NCBI GenBank assembly: GCA_023129075.1
Contig: JAGMCT010000011.1
Span: 1 to 24,018, forward strand
Reading direction: 5' to 3'
DNA: 24,018 nt
Source: Candidatus Micrarchaeota archaeon
GTDB lineage: Archaea; Micrarchaeota; Micrarchaeia; Anstonellales; Bilamarchaeaceae
Under the pieces are notes generated by a model that ran no database searches, had not been told where the DNA came from, and was given only the letters and a program-made list of their open reading frames with translations. Shown here one piece after another: positions 1 to 8,718 of this stretch (position 1 is the stretch's first letter; every line of letters begins with the position of its first letter). The position numbers and the translations under genes are program-made.

Positions 1-2
1 CA

Positions 3-383
3 ACCGAAGCGTATGACCGGGCAGCTGAAGTTGTTAAGGTAAAGGATCCAATTAGAGCAGCCAAGTACTATGTTGAATCTGCAAAACTATGGATTAAACA
101 CCCAAATCTTTTCGAGGCAGCTAAAGCTTATGAGAGTGCAGGTCGTTTGTTTGAGAAGACGAATCCTAAAAGAACAGTCAAATACTTCAAGAGGGCAATG
201 AAATTCTTTGGTGCAGAAGCAAACGGACTTCAACGTCTTATAAATAGAACGCCAGGAAAACAAACCAGAGAAGTCAGATTATTGAAAGCATGGGCTGGAC
301 GCAGAGATGAATGCAGAGCAGAGGCCAAAAGGGTAGGGGTAGAAATAAAGAAACTCGGACCAAAGACCAAATTGACCAGATGA
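3..383 (+). CDS. 5'-partial CDS, open to the window start; Lys/Ala-rich helical-repeat (TPR/SNAP-like) hypothetical protein
   Basis: The reading frame stays open from nt 3 to the stop at 381-383 (the ORF track begins at an internal ATG at 147). The repeated A-x-x-Y-x-x-A motifs suggest helical repeats. No specific family was recognised. Confidence 0.45.
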   Translation, partial: TEAYDRAAEVVKVKDPIRAAKYYVESAKLWIKHPNLFEAAKAYESAGRLFEKTNPKRTVKYFKRAMKFFGAEANGLQRLINRTPGKQTREVRLLKAWAGRRDECRAEAKRVGVEIKKLGPKTKLTR

Positions 384-514
384 TGGGTTTTCTCTTAGTG
401 AGCGGTAAAGTACTATTCTATAATAAGATAAACCTCCCAAAAAGCAAATACGAATATTATGAAATAGAATGGCTTCAGCCTTAACTTTTTAAATATTCAT
501 ATCTTAATTCCTTT

Positions 515-955
515 ATGCCCGAAATAATACTTATCCTAAGCGGAAGCAAAAGTGATGCAAAGATAGTAGAAAAGATAACCTCATTATTGGATGAATTTGA
601 AATAGAATACAAAGCTGAAGTAGCATCAGCCCATAGAAACCCAAAAAAAGTAGAAAGTTTGGTTAAAACAACCTTTGCAGATGTAATCATAGCGGTTGCA
701 GGCCTAAGTGCTGCTCTCCCAGGAGTTGCAGCTTCCCACACCCTTATTCCTGTTATTGGAGTTCCGGTATCCTCTAAATTAGAAGGAATGGACTCTCTGC
801 TTTCAATAGCGCAGATGCCCCCCGGAATCCCTGTTGCATCAGTAGGAATAGACAACGGAAAGAACGCAGCGTTATTAGCCCTTTCAATCCTTGCTTTAAA
901 AGATAAAGAAATAGAAAAAAAATTAGAAAAATACAGAGAAAGAATGAAAGGTTAG
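515..955 (+). CDS. purE: N5-carboxyaminoimidazole ribonucleotide mutase (PurE, class I)
   Basis: The translation has the GSKSD P-loop-like motif, ASAHRNP (the class I SAHR signature) and the small-PurE length (146 aa). A TATA-like AT-rich box lies about 30 bp upstream. Confidence 0.9.
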   Translation: MPEIILILSGSKSDAKIVEKITSLLDEFEIEYKAEVASAHRNPKKVESLVKTTFADVIIAVAGLSAALPGVAASHTLIPVIGVPVSSKLEGMDSLLSIAQMPPGIPVASVGIDNGKNAALLALSILALKDKEIEKKLEKYRERMKG

Positions 956-2151
956 TCCTTTTCAATCCTTTCTAATTCTATACTTTCAAGTGTTTTGCTG
1001 GTTACACTAAGATTCACATTATAGTCTTCCCACCCGAATTTTACTGTTTTACCATCCTCAAGTATTTTAGCCCCCTTTATTATTGACATCTCGATTGTCT
1101 CTGTTTCGTCATTGTATGCAAATACTCTTAAGGTATATTTTTTTCCATCTGATTCAATTTCAAGGTCGCTTTGTTCTTCTAACACAAGTTTAATTTTTCC
1201 GCTGTCTGTTTTTACCTCAACATTTACATATATTTTTCCATCTCTACCGGCGAAACCTTCAATCTCAACCTCAATATCCTTCCCTTTAATTTTATCCCCA
1301 GAGCCAAGATTCTCTCCTACATCCTCAATTGCAAGCTTTACTTCATCATTTGAGATACTATCAAGAAGATAGAATTCTCCAAGAACACTTACAATTATTC
1401 TCTGTTTTCTTATTTCTGAATTTTTTATACCCGGGTCAAAGGTAGTTTTTTCCTCGATAAGTGTTGCCTCAACACCTTCGCATTCATTCTTTCCGGTCTC
1501 TCCTTCTATTGTATAAATGTCCTCTGTTTTTTGCACAGACCCGTTTGCCAGTTCCATGTTGCTTTCTGTTGTGCTTGTTCCGTCTACCGGGATACATACA
1601 CTGCTTGCGTCCTCTTCTTTTCCAAATTCTGTATCCGTTGCAATCTCAGCAGTACTCCTGTCAGTATCACACACAGCAATCGTCTGGCCATTTTCATCTA
1701 TATAAAAGTTTATGGAATCTCCCTTGCTTACATAATAATACAAATCTCCAAATCCTCTCAGAACAACAAAGGTTTTATCCCCTATCATATCAATTCTTTC
1801 AACAACCATCTTTTCTCCATTTTCAAGATAGAATTCGTCTCCTTCTGTCACTGTTTTCGTTTCTGAATCTCCATCTCTGCAGATTTGAATAGCCTTTGAG
1901 ACGCTTTCTTTTTCTTCTTCATTATTTCCTGTATCCATTTCTCCTGCATCTACCGTTCCATTAACATCTTTTTTATCGTTTTTAGCCAGCTCGTCTTTGT
2001 CATCCCCGCAGTTCAGTCCTCCTACCGTAGCCATTGTAATAAGAGTTCCCCCCACGAGAATCTCCTTCCACCTTGAGCTGATTCTTTTAAAAATATTCTT
2101 CTTTTTATTTCCAATTTTCTTTTTTTCATAAGTCTTCTTTTTTTCAGTCAT
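952..2151 (-). CDS. Highly acidic, membrane-anchored hypothetical protein (Lys-rich N-terminus, one TM, D/E-rich beta-rich ectodomain)
   Basis: 399 aa ORF. It opens with a KKK-rich N-terminus, then a hydrophobic segment [18 protein letters not shown], then a long D/E/T-rich region. It has no recognisable catalytic motifs. It is convergent with purE, with a 4 nt overlap. Confidence 0.55.
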   Translation of the reverse strand: MTEKKKTYEKKKIGNKKKNIFKRISSRWKEILVGGTLITMATVGGLNCGDDKDELAKNDKKDVNGTVDAGEMDTGNNEEEKESVSKAIQICRDGDSETKTVTEGDEFYLENGEKMVVERIDMIGDKTFVVLRGFGDLYYYVSKGDSINFYIDENGQTIAVCDTDRSTAEIATDTEFGKEEDASSVCIPVDGTSTTESNMELANGSVQKTEDIYTIEGETGKNECEGVEATLIEEKTTFDPGIKNSEIRKQRIIVSVLGEFYLLDSISNDEVKLAIEDVGENLGSGDKIKGKDIEVEIEGFAGRDGKIYVNVEVKTDSGKIKLVLEEQSDLEIESDGKKYTLRVFAYNDETETIEMSIIKGAKILEDGKTVKFGWEDYNVNLSVTSKTLESIELERIEKD

Positions 2152-2272
2152 TTACACACCTTCCATAAAAAGCAACTGTATTCATGTGTAGTAATATTTA
2201 AAAACATGATGGTTATTTTCCCTTTCTTTACACTGCCTCAAATTTTAAACTCTTTCCTAAGAATATTCTCTT

Positions 2273-2854
2273 ATGCGAAAACCCAATATAGAAATATTCA
2301 CCCCCTCTTTTCTCCAAGGCCTTAAAAGAGGCCCTTCTGCAATCCTTGCAAAGGATTTCGGCACTATTATCGCTTACACAGAAATCTCCAAGGATTCCAG
2401 GGTATTCGATGCAGGCGGGGGCTCAGGCTTCTTTTCCCTTAGCACAGCCCGCCTTGTAAAAGAAGTAGTAGTATACGAAAGAAGAGAGGATTTTGCAAAA
2501 ATAATAGAATACAACATAAAGAAGCTCGGCCTAAAGAACCTAAAACTCAAGGTTAAGGATGTTTTCAAAGGAATAAGGGAAAAGAATTTTGACCTTGTTA
2601 ATTTAGACCTTCCAAAATCCCACGAGGCCCTTCCCCATGCTTACAAATCCCTTAAAATAGGAGGATTCATCTCAGGCTTCCTTCCTAATGTAGAGCAGGC
2701 AAAGGAATTTTTCCTTACTGCAAGAAAACTCGGTTTTAAGGATTTGAAAATGACAGAAACAATTGTAAGGGAATACGATGTGCGCGAGTTCGGTGTAAGA
2801 CCTAAACACTTTGGATTGTTGCACACCGCCTACCTTGTATTCGGAAAAAAATAG
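2273..2854 (+). CDS. SAM-dependent tRNA (adenine-N1)-methyltransferase, TrmI/Gcd14-like (short form)
   Basis: The translation has RGPSAILAKD (TrmI-like RGPQIIYPKD), the SAM-binding motif DAGGGSGFFS, and an acidic residue after beta-2 (VVYERRED). Confidence 0.65.
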   Translation: MRKPNIEIFTPSFLQGLKRGPSAILAKDFGTIIAYTEISKDSRVFDAGGGSGFFSLSTARLVKEVVVYERREDFAKIIEYNIKKLGLKNLKLKVKDVFKGIREKNFDLVNLDLPKSHEALPHAYKSLKIGGFISGFLPNVEQAKEFFLTARKLGFKDLKMTETIVREYDVREFGVRPKHFGLLHTAYLVFGKK

Positions 2855-2916
2855 CGGAAACACCGGAAATGAGGTGTCTCCTTTTCTTTTTAAACCTTTT
2901 TTTCAATCCTTCTTTT

Positions 2917-3978
2917 ATGGACGGATTAAAAAAACTTACAGCTCTTGGCAGCTGGGACTTGGACAAGAAAGAACCGCCGCCTTTTCTTGACAAGGCCTGT
3001 GGAACCACCACTAAATGTAATCTTCTTAAGGTTCTAATGGGCACCCACTGCAAAATGGGTTGTAAGTACTGTCCTCTTTCCGCCCCCCAGAATAGATATG
3101 CGTTTTCACCTCAAAAGATGGCAAATATTTTCTATTCTCTCTACAAAAGAGGGACCTACGACGGTCTTTTCCTAAGCTCAGGAATCACGGATGCAGAAAA
3201 AAATATGGAGATGATGATTGAGACAGCAAGAATCCTGAGAAGAAGATACAAATACAAGGGATATTTACACCTGAAAATACTGCCCGGCGCCTCCCGCAGC
3301 TCTATTAAGGAAGCGGTTTCTCTTTCAAACCGGGCAAGTATAAACATAGAAACCGTTTCTTCAGAGCACCTTTCCTATATCTCTCCATGCAAGGATATGA
3401 AAAACGATATTCTTCTTAGGCAGAAATGGCTGATGGATGAGGTGAAAAACCAGAAAAAATCCCATACAACCCAGATAATAGTTGGTGTGGATGAGGAAAG
3501 TGACCTGGATATCTTCAACACCATGCTCAGTCAGTATAAACTCATGGAAACAAAACGTGTTTATTATTCTTCTTTCAAACCTTTGAGAGGAACTCCCTTT
3601 GAAGGAAAATCTCCCTCTCCTCTTTACAAGGAGCACCGATTCTACCAATTAGACTGGTTATGGAGAATATACAAATTCCATGAAAAGGAATTAAAGAAAA
3701 TATTCCTTGATGGGATGCTTCCAAACAAAGACCCAAAGATTACCCTTGCCAGAAATTATTTTGAAAAACCAATTGAAATTAATCATGCTGACAAATCTGA
3801 GTTGTTGCGCATTCCTGGAATAGGACCGCAAACTACTGAAAAAATAATAGGGGTGAGAAATGAAAAGAAAATAAGAACAATGGAATCTCTTGCAGGTCTG
3901 GGGGTGAATCTTAAAAGGGCACTCCCATTCCTTAGAGTTGACGGAATCCAACAAACTACATTAACAACTTATGCTTAG
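2917..3978 (+). CDS. Radical SAM protein with C-terminal helix-hairpin-helix domain (putative DNA modification/repair radical SAM family, TIGR03916-like)
   Basis: A CxxxCxxC motif is present (HCKMGCKYCP). The C-terminus has an HhH (LLRIPGIGPQTTEKII). The start was moved to the internal ATG at 2917 (MDGLKKLTALGSW...), because the track start at 2869 would crowd the upstream gene, which ends at 2854. Confidence 0.7.
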   Translation: MDGLKKLTALGSWDLDKKEPPPFLDKACGTTTKCNLLKVLMGTHCKMGCKYCPLSAPQNRYAFSPQKMANIFYSLYKRGTYDGLFLSSGITDAEKNMEMMIETARILRRRYKYKGYLHLKILPGASRSSIKEAVSLSNRASINIETVSSEHLSYISPCKDMKNDILLRQKWLMDEVKNQKKSHTTQIIVGVDEESDLDIFNTMLSQYKLMETKRVYYSSFKPLRGTPFEGKSPSPLYKEHRFYQLDWLWRIYKFHEKELKKIFLDGMLPNKDPKITLARNYFEKPIEINHADKSELLRIPGIGPQTTEKIIGVRNEKKIRTMESLAGLGVNLKRALPFLRVDGIQQTTLTTYA

Positions 3979-4009
3979 TTTAAAAAATGTATGGACATAA
4001 ATGTTATAC

Positions 4010-4237
4010 ATGAAGTCTGCAAACATAAATGTAAGGATTGATGAGGAGCTTTACAGGAAAACCAAGGAATTAGGGATTAATATCTCGGAAACCGTAAGGG
4101 AGGCCCTCGTAAGCAAAATTGAAAGAAAGAAAAGAGAAATTATTATGGAAGAAATGGATAAAGCGAGCAGGGCTGTGAAAAAGATAGGGATTGCTTCCAT
4201 AACCAGAGAGATAAGGAAGGAAAGGGAAAACCGATGA
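4010..4237 (+). CDS. vapB: VapB-type antitoxin (ribbon-helix-helix/CopG-like)
   Basis: The N-terminus NINVRIDEELYRKTKELGINISETVREAL is a typical RHH beta-strand plus two helices. Its stop overlaps the PIN gene start by ATGA. The start may instead be 4001. Confidence 0.6.
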   Translation: MKSANINVRIDEELYRKTKELGINISETVREALVSKIERKKREIIMEEMDKASRAVKKIGIASITREIRKERENR

Positions 4238-4608
4238 TAATTTACGATGCTTCTGCTTTTTTTGAAAGAATAAAGGAAAAAAACATAGATTTGAATGGGT
4301 TCATAACCTCTCTTACCTTTTACGAAGTCGGCAATGTTGTTCTGAAACACTCTACTATCCTCAAAGAGATAGGTAAGGAGGAGGCAGCTTCTTTTCTGAA
4401 GATTCTCTCTAACTGGAAGAATGTTCTTTATCCTGACCAACATGAATTAGAATCTGTTTATGGGATTGCTCTAGAAACAAAACTGACTTTTTATGATGCC
4501 ATTTATATTCACATTACCCGGAAATACAAGGCGGTTTTGGAAACATGCGACAAGGAGCTCTACAAAAAAGGAAAGAACCACTGCAAAATGAAATTACTTA
4601 AGCCTTAG
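4234..4608 (+). CDS. vapC: PIN-domain ribonuclease toxin VapC
   Basis: The N-terminal IYDASAF motif (PIN acidic residue D5), a conserved later D in LTFYDAIYIHIT, the ~124 aa size, and the 4 nt overlap with the upstream RHH gene all fit VapC. Confidence 0.7.
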   Translation: MIIYDASAFFERIKEKNIDLNGFITSLTFYEVGNVVLKHSTILKEIGKEEAASFLKILSNWKNVLYPDQHELESVYGIALETKLTFYDAIYIHITRKYKAVLETCDKELYKKGKNHCKMKLLKP

Positions 4609-5415
4609 TTTGGCAGCATTAAGCGTATTCTTCATAAGCATTGCAACGGTCAAAGGCCCTACTCCTCCAGGAACCGGAGTTAGTTTTGCTATCTCCTCCA
4701 CATCCCTCTCAACATCCCCAACAACCTTTCCATTAACCCTGTTAATCCCCACATCCACTACAACCGCACCCTTCTTAACCATCTTTTTCTTAATCAGCCC
4801 TGCTTTCCCTACCGCAACCACAAGCACATCAGCCCTTTTTGTATGCTCTTCTAAATTTCTGGTTCTGCTGTGGCATAGCGTAACTGTTGCATTCTTATTC
4901 AAAAGCAAAATACCCATAGGTTTTCCAACGATATTGCTCCTTCCTACAACCACTGCCTCCTTCCCTTCCAATTCTATTCCATAATGCTCAAGAAGATGCA
5001 TGATTCCGTAGGGGGTCGCAGATACAAAGGCAGGATTCCCTATCATAAGCTTCCCAAGATTACATGGATGAAAACCATCCACATCCTTTTCAGGGTTTAT
5101 TGTTTCCAGAACCTTCTTTTCATCAATATGTTTTGGCAGGGGAAGCTGAACCATTATCCCATCCTCTTCACTCTCATTCAGTTCCTTTATTTCCTCAAGC
5201 AGGTCCTCTTCTTTTACACCCTCTCCAAATTCATGCAGGGTTGCTTCAACCCCCAATTCACCGGCTATTTTCAATTTCTTATTAACATATATCTCTGATG
5301 CAGGATTCTTCCCTACCAATATTATACTCAACCTTGGTTTCTCTTTCAGTTTTCCAACTTCCGTCTTTATCTCAGAAAGAATTTTTTCTGCAACAGGTTT
5401 CCCATATAAAAGCAT
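4594..5415 (-). CDS. folD: Bifunctional methylene-THF dehydrogenase / methenyl-THF cyclohydrolase (FolD)
   Basis: The 273 aa product carries FolD motifs: the YxxxK region (EIYVNKKLK), the PLP(K)H-like LPLPKHID, and the NAD(P) Rossmann motif VVVGRSNIVGKPM. Confidence 0.9.
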   Translation of the reverse strand: MLLYGKPVAEKILSEIKTEVGKLKEKPRLSIILVGKNPASEIYVNKKLKIAGELGVEATLHEFGEGVKEEDLLEEIKELNESEEDGIMVQLPLPKHIDEKKVLETINPEKDVDGFHPCNLGKLMIGNPAFVSATPYGIMHLLEHYGIELEGKEAVVVGRSNIVGKPMGILLLNKNATVTLCHSRTRNLEEHTKRADVLVVAVGKAGLIKKKMVKKGAVVVDVGINRVNGKVVGDVERDVEEIAKLTPVPGGVGPLTVAMLMKNTLNAAKLRLK

Positions 5416-5469
5416 AATTCAGATATACGCTTAACCGTTTAAATTCTTTTCTCTTCTTCTTGTAAAACC

Positions 5470-5952
5470 ATGCTTAAGCTTCCTGATAATTTAAGAAAAG
5501 AATTGAGAAAACCTTTTGGAAAATTCGTAAAGGACTTCTCCAAACTCAAGGGAAAAAAGATATTTGCAATAGGCGATGAAACGGTCCTTGTTCTTCTTAA
5601 AAATAACATAATTCCCTATGTTTCTGTTTTTGATTTTAAGATAATGCGAAAACCAGTTACAGAAAAGCAGAAGAAAACCCTTCTTTCAGTATTCAAAAAT
5701 CCATTAACCCTTAGAAACCCAGCCGGAACAATTTCCCATGAGGCTCTTCCGATGGTTGAGAAGATGATGATGAACGGCGGTGCAGTTCTTGTGGATGGGG
5801 AAGAGGACCTTCTTGCGCTTCTTTTTATATATCTTTTAAAGGAAGGAGTGGTTTTATACGGACAGCCAAAAGAAGGAATGGTCATGGTAGAACCCTCTGA
5901 AAAAACAAGAAAAAAAGCATTAAGCATACTTGAAAAAATGCTGCATGATTAA
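5470..5952 (+). CDS. DUF359/COG1909 protein, probable GTP-dependent dephospho-CoA kinase (archaeal DPCK)
   Basis: 160 aa. The translation has FAIGDETV and later a GTISHEA segment typical of DUF359. The size matches archaeal DPCK. Confidence 0.6.
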   Translation: MLKLPDNLRKELRKPFGKFVKDFSKLKGKKIFAIGDETVLVLLKNNIIPYVSVFDFKIMRKPVTEKQKKTLLSVFKNPLTLRNPAGTISHEALPMVEKMMMNGGAVLVDGEEDLLALLFIYLLKEGVVLYGQPKEGMVMVEPSEKTRKKALSILEKMLHD

Positions 5953-5964
5953 TTTTGCAGTCTT

Positions 5965-6150
5965 CTAAGTCTTCCCCATGAAATGAAATGCTATATAGGA
6001 AAAGATTGCACCTACTGCAAATACTCCTGCCAGAACCAATGTATCTGCATTGGAATAGGTCTGCTGCCATGAATACATCATAAGGTAGCCAATAAGTATT
6101 GCGATTATGCCAAATAGAAAAGGTTTAATGCTTTGAATTATGTTTCCCAT
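5965..6150 (-). CDS. Small two-TM membrane protein (61 aa), co-directional with and 3 nt downstream of the pilin gene
   Basis: Two clear hydrophobic helices (FLFGIIAILIGYLMM and LVLAGVFAVGAIFSYIAFHF) and tight spacing to the upstream gene. Confidence 0.45.
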   Translation of the reverse strand: MGNIIQSIKPFLFGIIAILIGYLMMYSWQQTYSNADTLVLAGVFAVGAIFSYIAFHFMGKT

Positions 6151-6153
6151 ATC

Positions 6154-6651
6154 TTACTCCACCTCGCTTACTCTTCCTATTATTCTCCCAACCATCAGAT
6201 GCTCAAAATCAGAGTCTGTTGTGCACCCGGGATTTACTTCCGGAGCACAGGTATAATATGTAATTTCTACGTCCACCCTCTGCATTGTTCCGAGAGGAAG
6301 CTCAACCCCTAAATCATGTTTGGATGTTTCATCATACATTCCCTGAGTTATTTTTTTATTTTTAGTTTCCTTCCCAGCACTTTCCCCCTTCACATAAAAT
6401 ATTATCTCTTTAACGTGTATATCATACCCGAGATTATTTGTAATCCTGAAATTAATTTTTGTATTCCCGTCATTGTAAATCTGAGCCCCACTGCATCCTA
6501 TATCAGGGTGGATACTGCACTCCTCCCTTATGAATTGGCTTGGAGAGAATATCCCGGTAGAAAGAATGGCAACGGTTACAATAACAAGAAGAAGCAGTGC
6601 CCAACTATAGGTTACTAGATACTCCATTGCTGCCTGGCCTTTTTTACTCAT
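6154..6651 (-). CDS. Archaeal type IV pilin-like protein with class III signal peptide (DUF361-type)
   Basis: The start was corrected to the internal ATG (MSKKGQAAMEYLVTYSWALLLLVIVTVAIL). This gives a KKG|Q prepilin-peptidase site followed by the AMEYL...A hydrophobic helix typical of DUF361 minor pilins. The ORF-track N-terminal extension would overlap the divergent AAA gene. Confidence 0.7.
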   Translation of the reverse strand: MSKKGQAAMEYLVTYSWALLLLVIVTVAILSTGIFSPSQFIREECSIHPDIGCSGAQIYNDGNTKINFRITNNLGYDIHVKEIIFYVKGESAGKETKNKKITQGMYDETSKHDLGVELPLGTMQRVDVEITYYTCAPEVNPGCTTDSDFEHLMVGRIIGRVSEVE

Positions 6652-6704
6652 ACAGCCATCTAGAAGTAAAGAATTTAAAAACATTATCTTTTTATGTTTC
6701 TTTG

Positions 6705-8330
6705 ATGCCAGAAAAAAAGTCCCAATTAGTTGATGCAAGAAACTACTATCAGATAGCGAATGATTACTATGAAAAAGGAGATTATGAAAAAGCAATAGAA
6801 AACTACAACACTGCAATCCTGCTCAACCCCGTTTTTTCAGAGGCATATTTCAACCGCGCCTTGTCTGGTTATCAGCTGAAGAATTACGAAAAATCAATAG
6901 CAGATTACACGAAGGCAATAGAGTTGGACCCGAAAAACCCAATTATATATAATAATAGGGGCGATGCATTCTATAGAAAACAGGATTATTCAAATGCAAT
7001 AAAGGATTATGATAAAGCAGTTGCCCTGAACCCAAGTTATCTTAAGGCATACTACAACCGCGCCCTCTCTTATGCTTCTCTTGAAGACTATGACAGGGCG
7101 GTCGAGGATTTTACAAAGGTCGTTGAACTGAAACCTGATTTTGCAGAGGCTTATCATCTAAGAGGTCTTGCAAGAGAATACGGAGGAGAAGTAGATTCTG
7201 CAATTGCTGATTATGAAAAAGCCCTTAAGCTTGACCCTGCTCTTTCAGATGCAAAGACCCACCTGGAATCTGCAAAAGGAAAGCAGAGTGGGGAAGGGGC
7301 AACAGCAGGAAAAGGAGACATCCGGATGCTGGAGAAACCAAATATGACATTTGTAGATGTTGCTGGCATGGAAAAATTAAAAGAAGAAATAAGGGACAGC
7401 ATTGTTTATCCTCTGTTGAAGCCGGACCTTGCAAGAAGATATGGAAAACTCGGAGGCGGAGGTATCCTGCTTTACGGCCCCCCGGGCTGCGGAAAGACCT
7501 ATATCGTAAAGGCATCCGCCGGAGAAGGAAAAGCAGGTTTCATTAATGCCAAACTTTCAGATTTACTAGATATGTATGTAGGCAATACAGAAAAGAACAT
7601 ACATAAGGTTTTTGAACTTGCAAGGAAGAACACCCCCTCCATAATCTTTTTTGATGAGGTTGATGCCATAGGTTCAAGAAGGGATTCAGGAGGAGAAGGT
7701 GGAGGTCAGGCGCTCAAGATGGCCGTGAATCAGCTCCTTTATGAATTGGACGGTGTAGAATCGCACAATGAGAATGTCCTTGTTATTGCAGCTACAAACG
7801 CTCCGTGGAATGTGGACCCTGCATTAAGAAGAAGCGGAAGGTTCACAAAATCCATTTATGTTCCGGCTCCTGACTTCAAATCAAGGCTTGCAATATTAAA
7901 ACTCCATTCAAAGAAAAGGCCGATAAGCAGGATTGCCTTTGTGAGAATTGCCCTTGCAACATATGCTTATGCATCCGCAGACTTGAAGGCGATTGTTGAA
8001 GATGCAGCAGCCATACCTTGGAAAGAGGCATTCAAAACAGGAAAGGAAAGAAAGATAACAACAGGGGATTTCATCAAAGCACTAAACAAAAAGAAGTCTT
8101 CTTTACCTCCATGGTACGGACAGGCAAACAAGCAGATTGGAAAGCAGGAAGAGATAACGATAATTGACGGCAAGGAGCACAAAAAAGTCAGTGAAAGCAA
8201 GATGGGTTCAGAGGAAAGGGAGGTATTCTCTTCTCTTCTGAAGGTAATTGAGCACAGGAGCAAATGGTACTACAAGGCATGGGTGTGGATAGCAGGCCAC
8301 ATCGGACTATGGGTTCCTATTCCATTTTGA
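6705..8330 (+). CDS. AAA ATPase of the Vps4/katanin/spastin (meiotic) clade with N-terminal TPR repeat array
   Basis: There are 5-6 TPR repeats (the A-x-x-Y-N-R-A pattern recurs, e.g. AYFNRALSGYQL, AYYNRALSYASL). The linker LEKPNMTFVDVAGMEKLKEEIRDSIVYPL resembles the Vps4 beta-domain junction. Also present are Walker A GPPGCGKT, Walker B IIFFDEVD, and the second region of homology ATNAPWNVDPALRRSGRF. The start was moved to the ATG at 6705 (MPEKKSQ...). Confidence 0.85.
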   Translation: MPEKKSQLVDARNYYQIANDYYEKGDYEKAIENYNTAILLNPVFSEAYFNRALSGYQLKNYEKSIADYTKAIELDPKNPIIYNNRGDAFYRKQDYSNAIKDYDKAVALNPSYLKAYYNRALSYASLEDYDRAVEDFTKVVELKPDFAEAYHLRGLAREYGGEVDSAIADYEKALKLDPALSDAKTHLESAKGKQSGEGATAGKGDIRMLEKPNMTFVDVAGMEKLKEEIRDSIVYPLLKPDLARRYGKLGGGGILLYGPPGCGKTYIVKASAGEGKAGFINAKLSDLLDMYVGNTEKNIHKVFELARKNTPSIIFFDEVDAIGSRRDSGGEGGGQALKMAVNQLLYELDGVESHNENVLVIAATNAPWNVDPALRRSGRFTKSIYVPAPDFKSRLAILKLHSKKRPISRIAFVRIALATYAYASADLKAIVEDAAAIPWKEAFKTGKERKITTGDFIKALNKKKSSLPPWYGQANKQIGKQEEITIIDGKEHKKVSESKMGSEEREVFSSLLKVIEHRSKWYYKAWVWIAGHIGLWVPIPF

Positions 8331-8418
8331 TTTTTTCTTCTCACAGAATAGAAAACTATTTAAGGTTATGCATACTTATTCATTATATATTGAATAATAA
8401 TTCAAAAAGGTGATATAT

Positions 8419-8718
8419 ATGCCATATAGAGATAGAATGGGCCCATGGGGAAGAGGTCCAAGGACAGGAAGGGGTTTTGGCCCCTGCGGGGGAGGTTTAG
8501 GCCCAGGTAGAGGCTACGGCCAAGGCTACGGAAGAGGCCCAGGTAGAGGCTACGGCCAAGGCTACGGTCCGGATTATGGAACCTATGGTTATGGAGGACA
8601 AGCTCCAGAACAATATGGAATGCCTCTTTCAAAGGAAGAACAAAAAAAATTCCTTGAAGATGAGAAAAAAGATATAGAAGAAAGATTAAAAAAAATAAAA
8701 GAGCTTTTGAAAGAGTGA
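8419..8718 (+). CDS. DUF5320-like protein: Gly/Arg/Tyr-rich N-terminus with one Cys, plus a C-terminal Lys/Glu coiled coil
   Basis: Translation: MPYRDRMGPWGRGPRTGRGFGPCGGG..., followed by a (GRGPGRGYGQGY)x2 tandem repeat, then EEQKKFLEDEKKDIEERLKKIKELLKE. A GGTGA RBS-like motif lies 5-9 nt upstream. This matches the DUF5320 architecture (MPxxDxTGPxGxGP...C...coiled coil). Confidence 0.6.
   Translation: MPYRDRMGPWGRGPRTGRGFGPCGGGLGPGRGYGQGYGRGPGRGYGQGYGPDYGTYGYGGQAPEQYGMPLSKEEQKKFLEDEKKDIEERLKKIKELLKE

Noticed and set aside
481-965. Antisense ORFs 481-855(-) and 774-965(-) opposite purE
   Set aside because: They are shadow ORFs inside a well-supported purE gene. Their products are low-complexity with no motifs.
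1112-1892. Plus-strand ORFs 1112-1372, 1461-1892, 1517-1705, 1531-1866
   Set aside because: They are antisense to the long acidic-protein gene. The products are Ser/Phe/Leu-rich and arise as the mirror of a D/E/K-rich coding strand.
4610-5298. ORFs 4610-4984(+), 4984-5298(+), 5064-5285(+)
   Set aside because: They are antisense to folD, which has full-length motif support.
5616-6070. ORFs 5616-5927(-) and 5882-6070(-)
   Set aside because: They overlap the DUF359 gene on the opposite strand. Only 5965-6150(-) was kept, as the small membrane protein.
6316-6618. ORF 6316-6618(+)
   Set aside because: It is antisense to the pilin gene and Phe/Ile-rich with no features.
7211-8263. Minus-strand ORFs inside the AAA ATPase gene (7211-7402, 7225-7515, 7967-8263)
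   Set aside because: They are shadow ORFs of a strongly supported AAA+ gene.
8402-8632. ORF 8402-8632(-) with GRSLYLGL repeats
   Set aside because: It is the reverse-complement mirror of the Gly/Tyr-rich repeat in the DUF5320-like gene. The plus-strand gene has RBS and family support.
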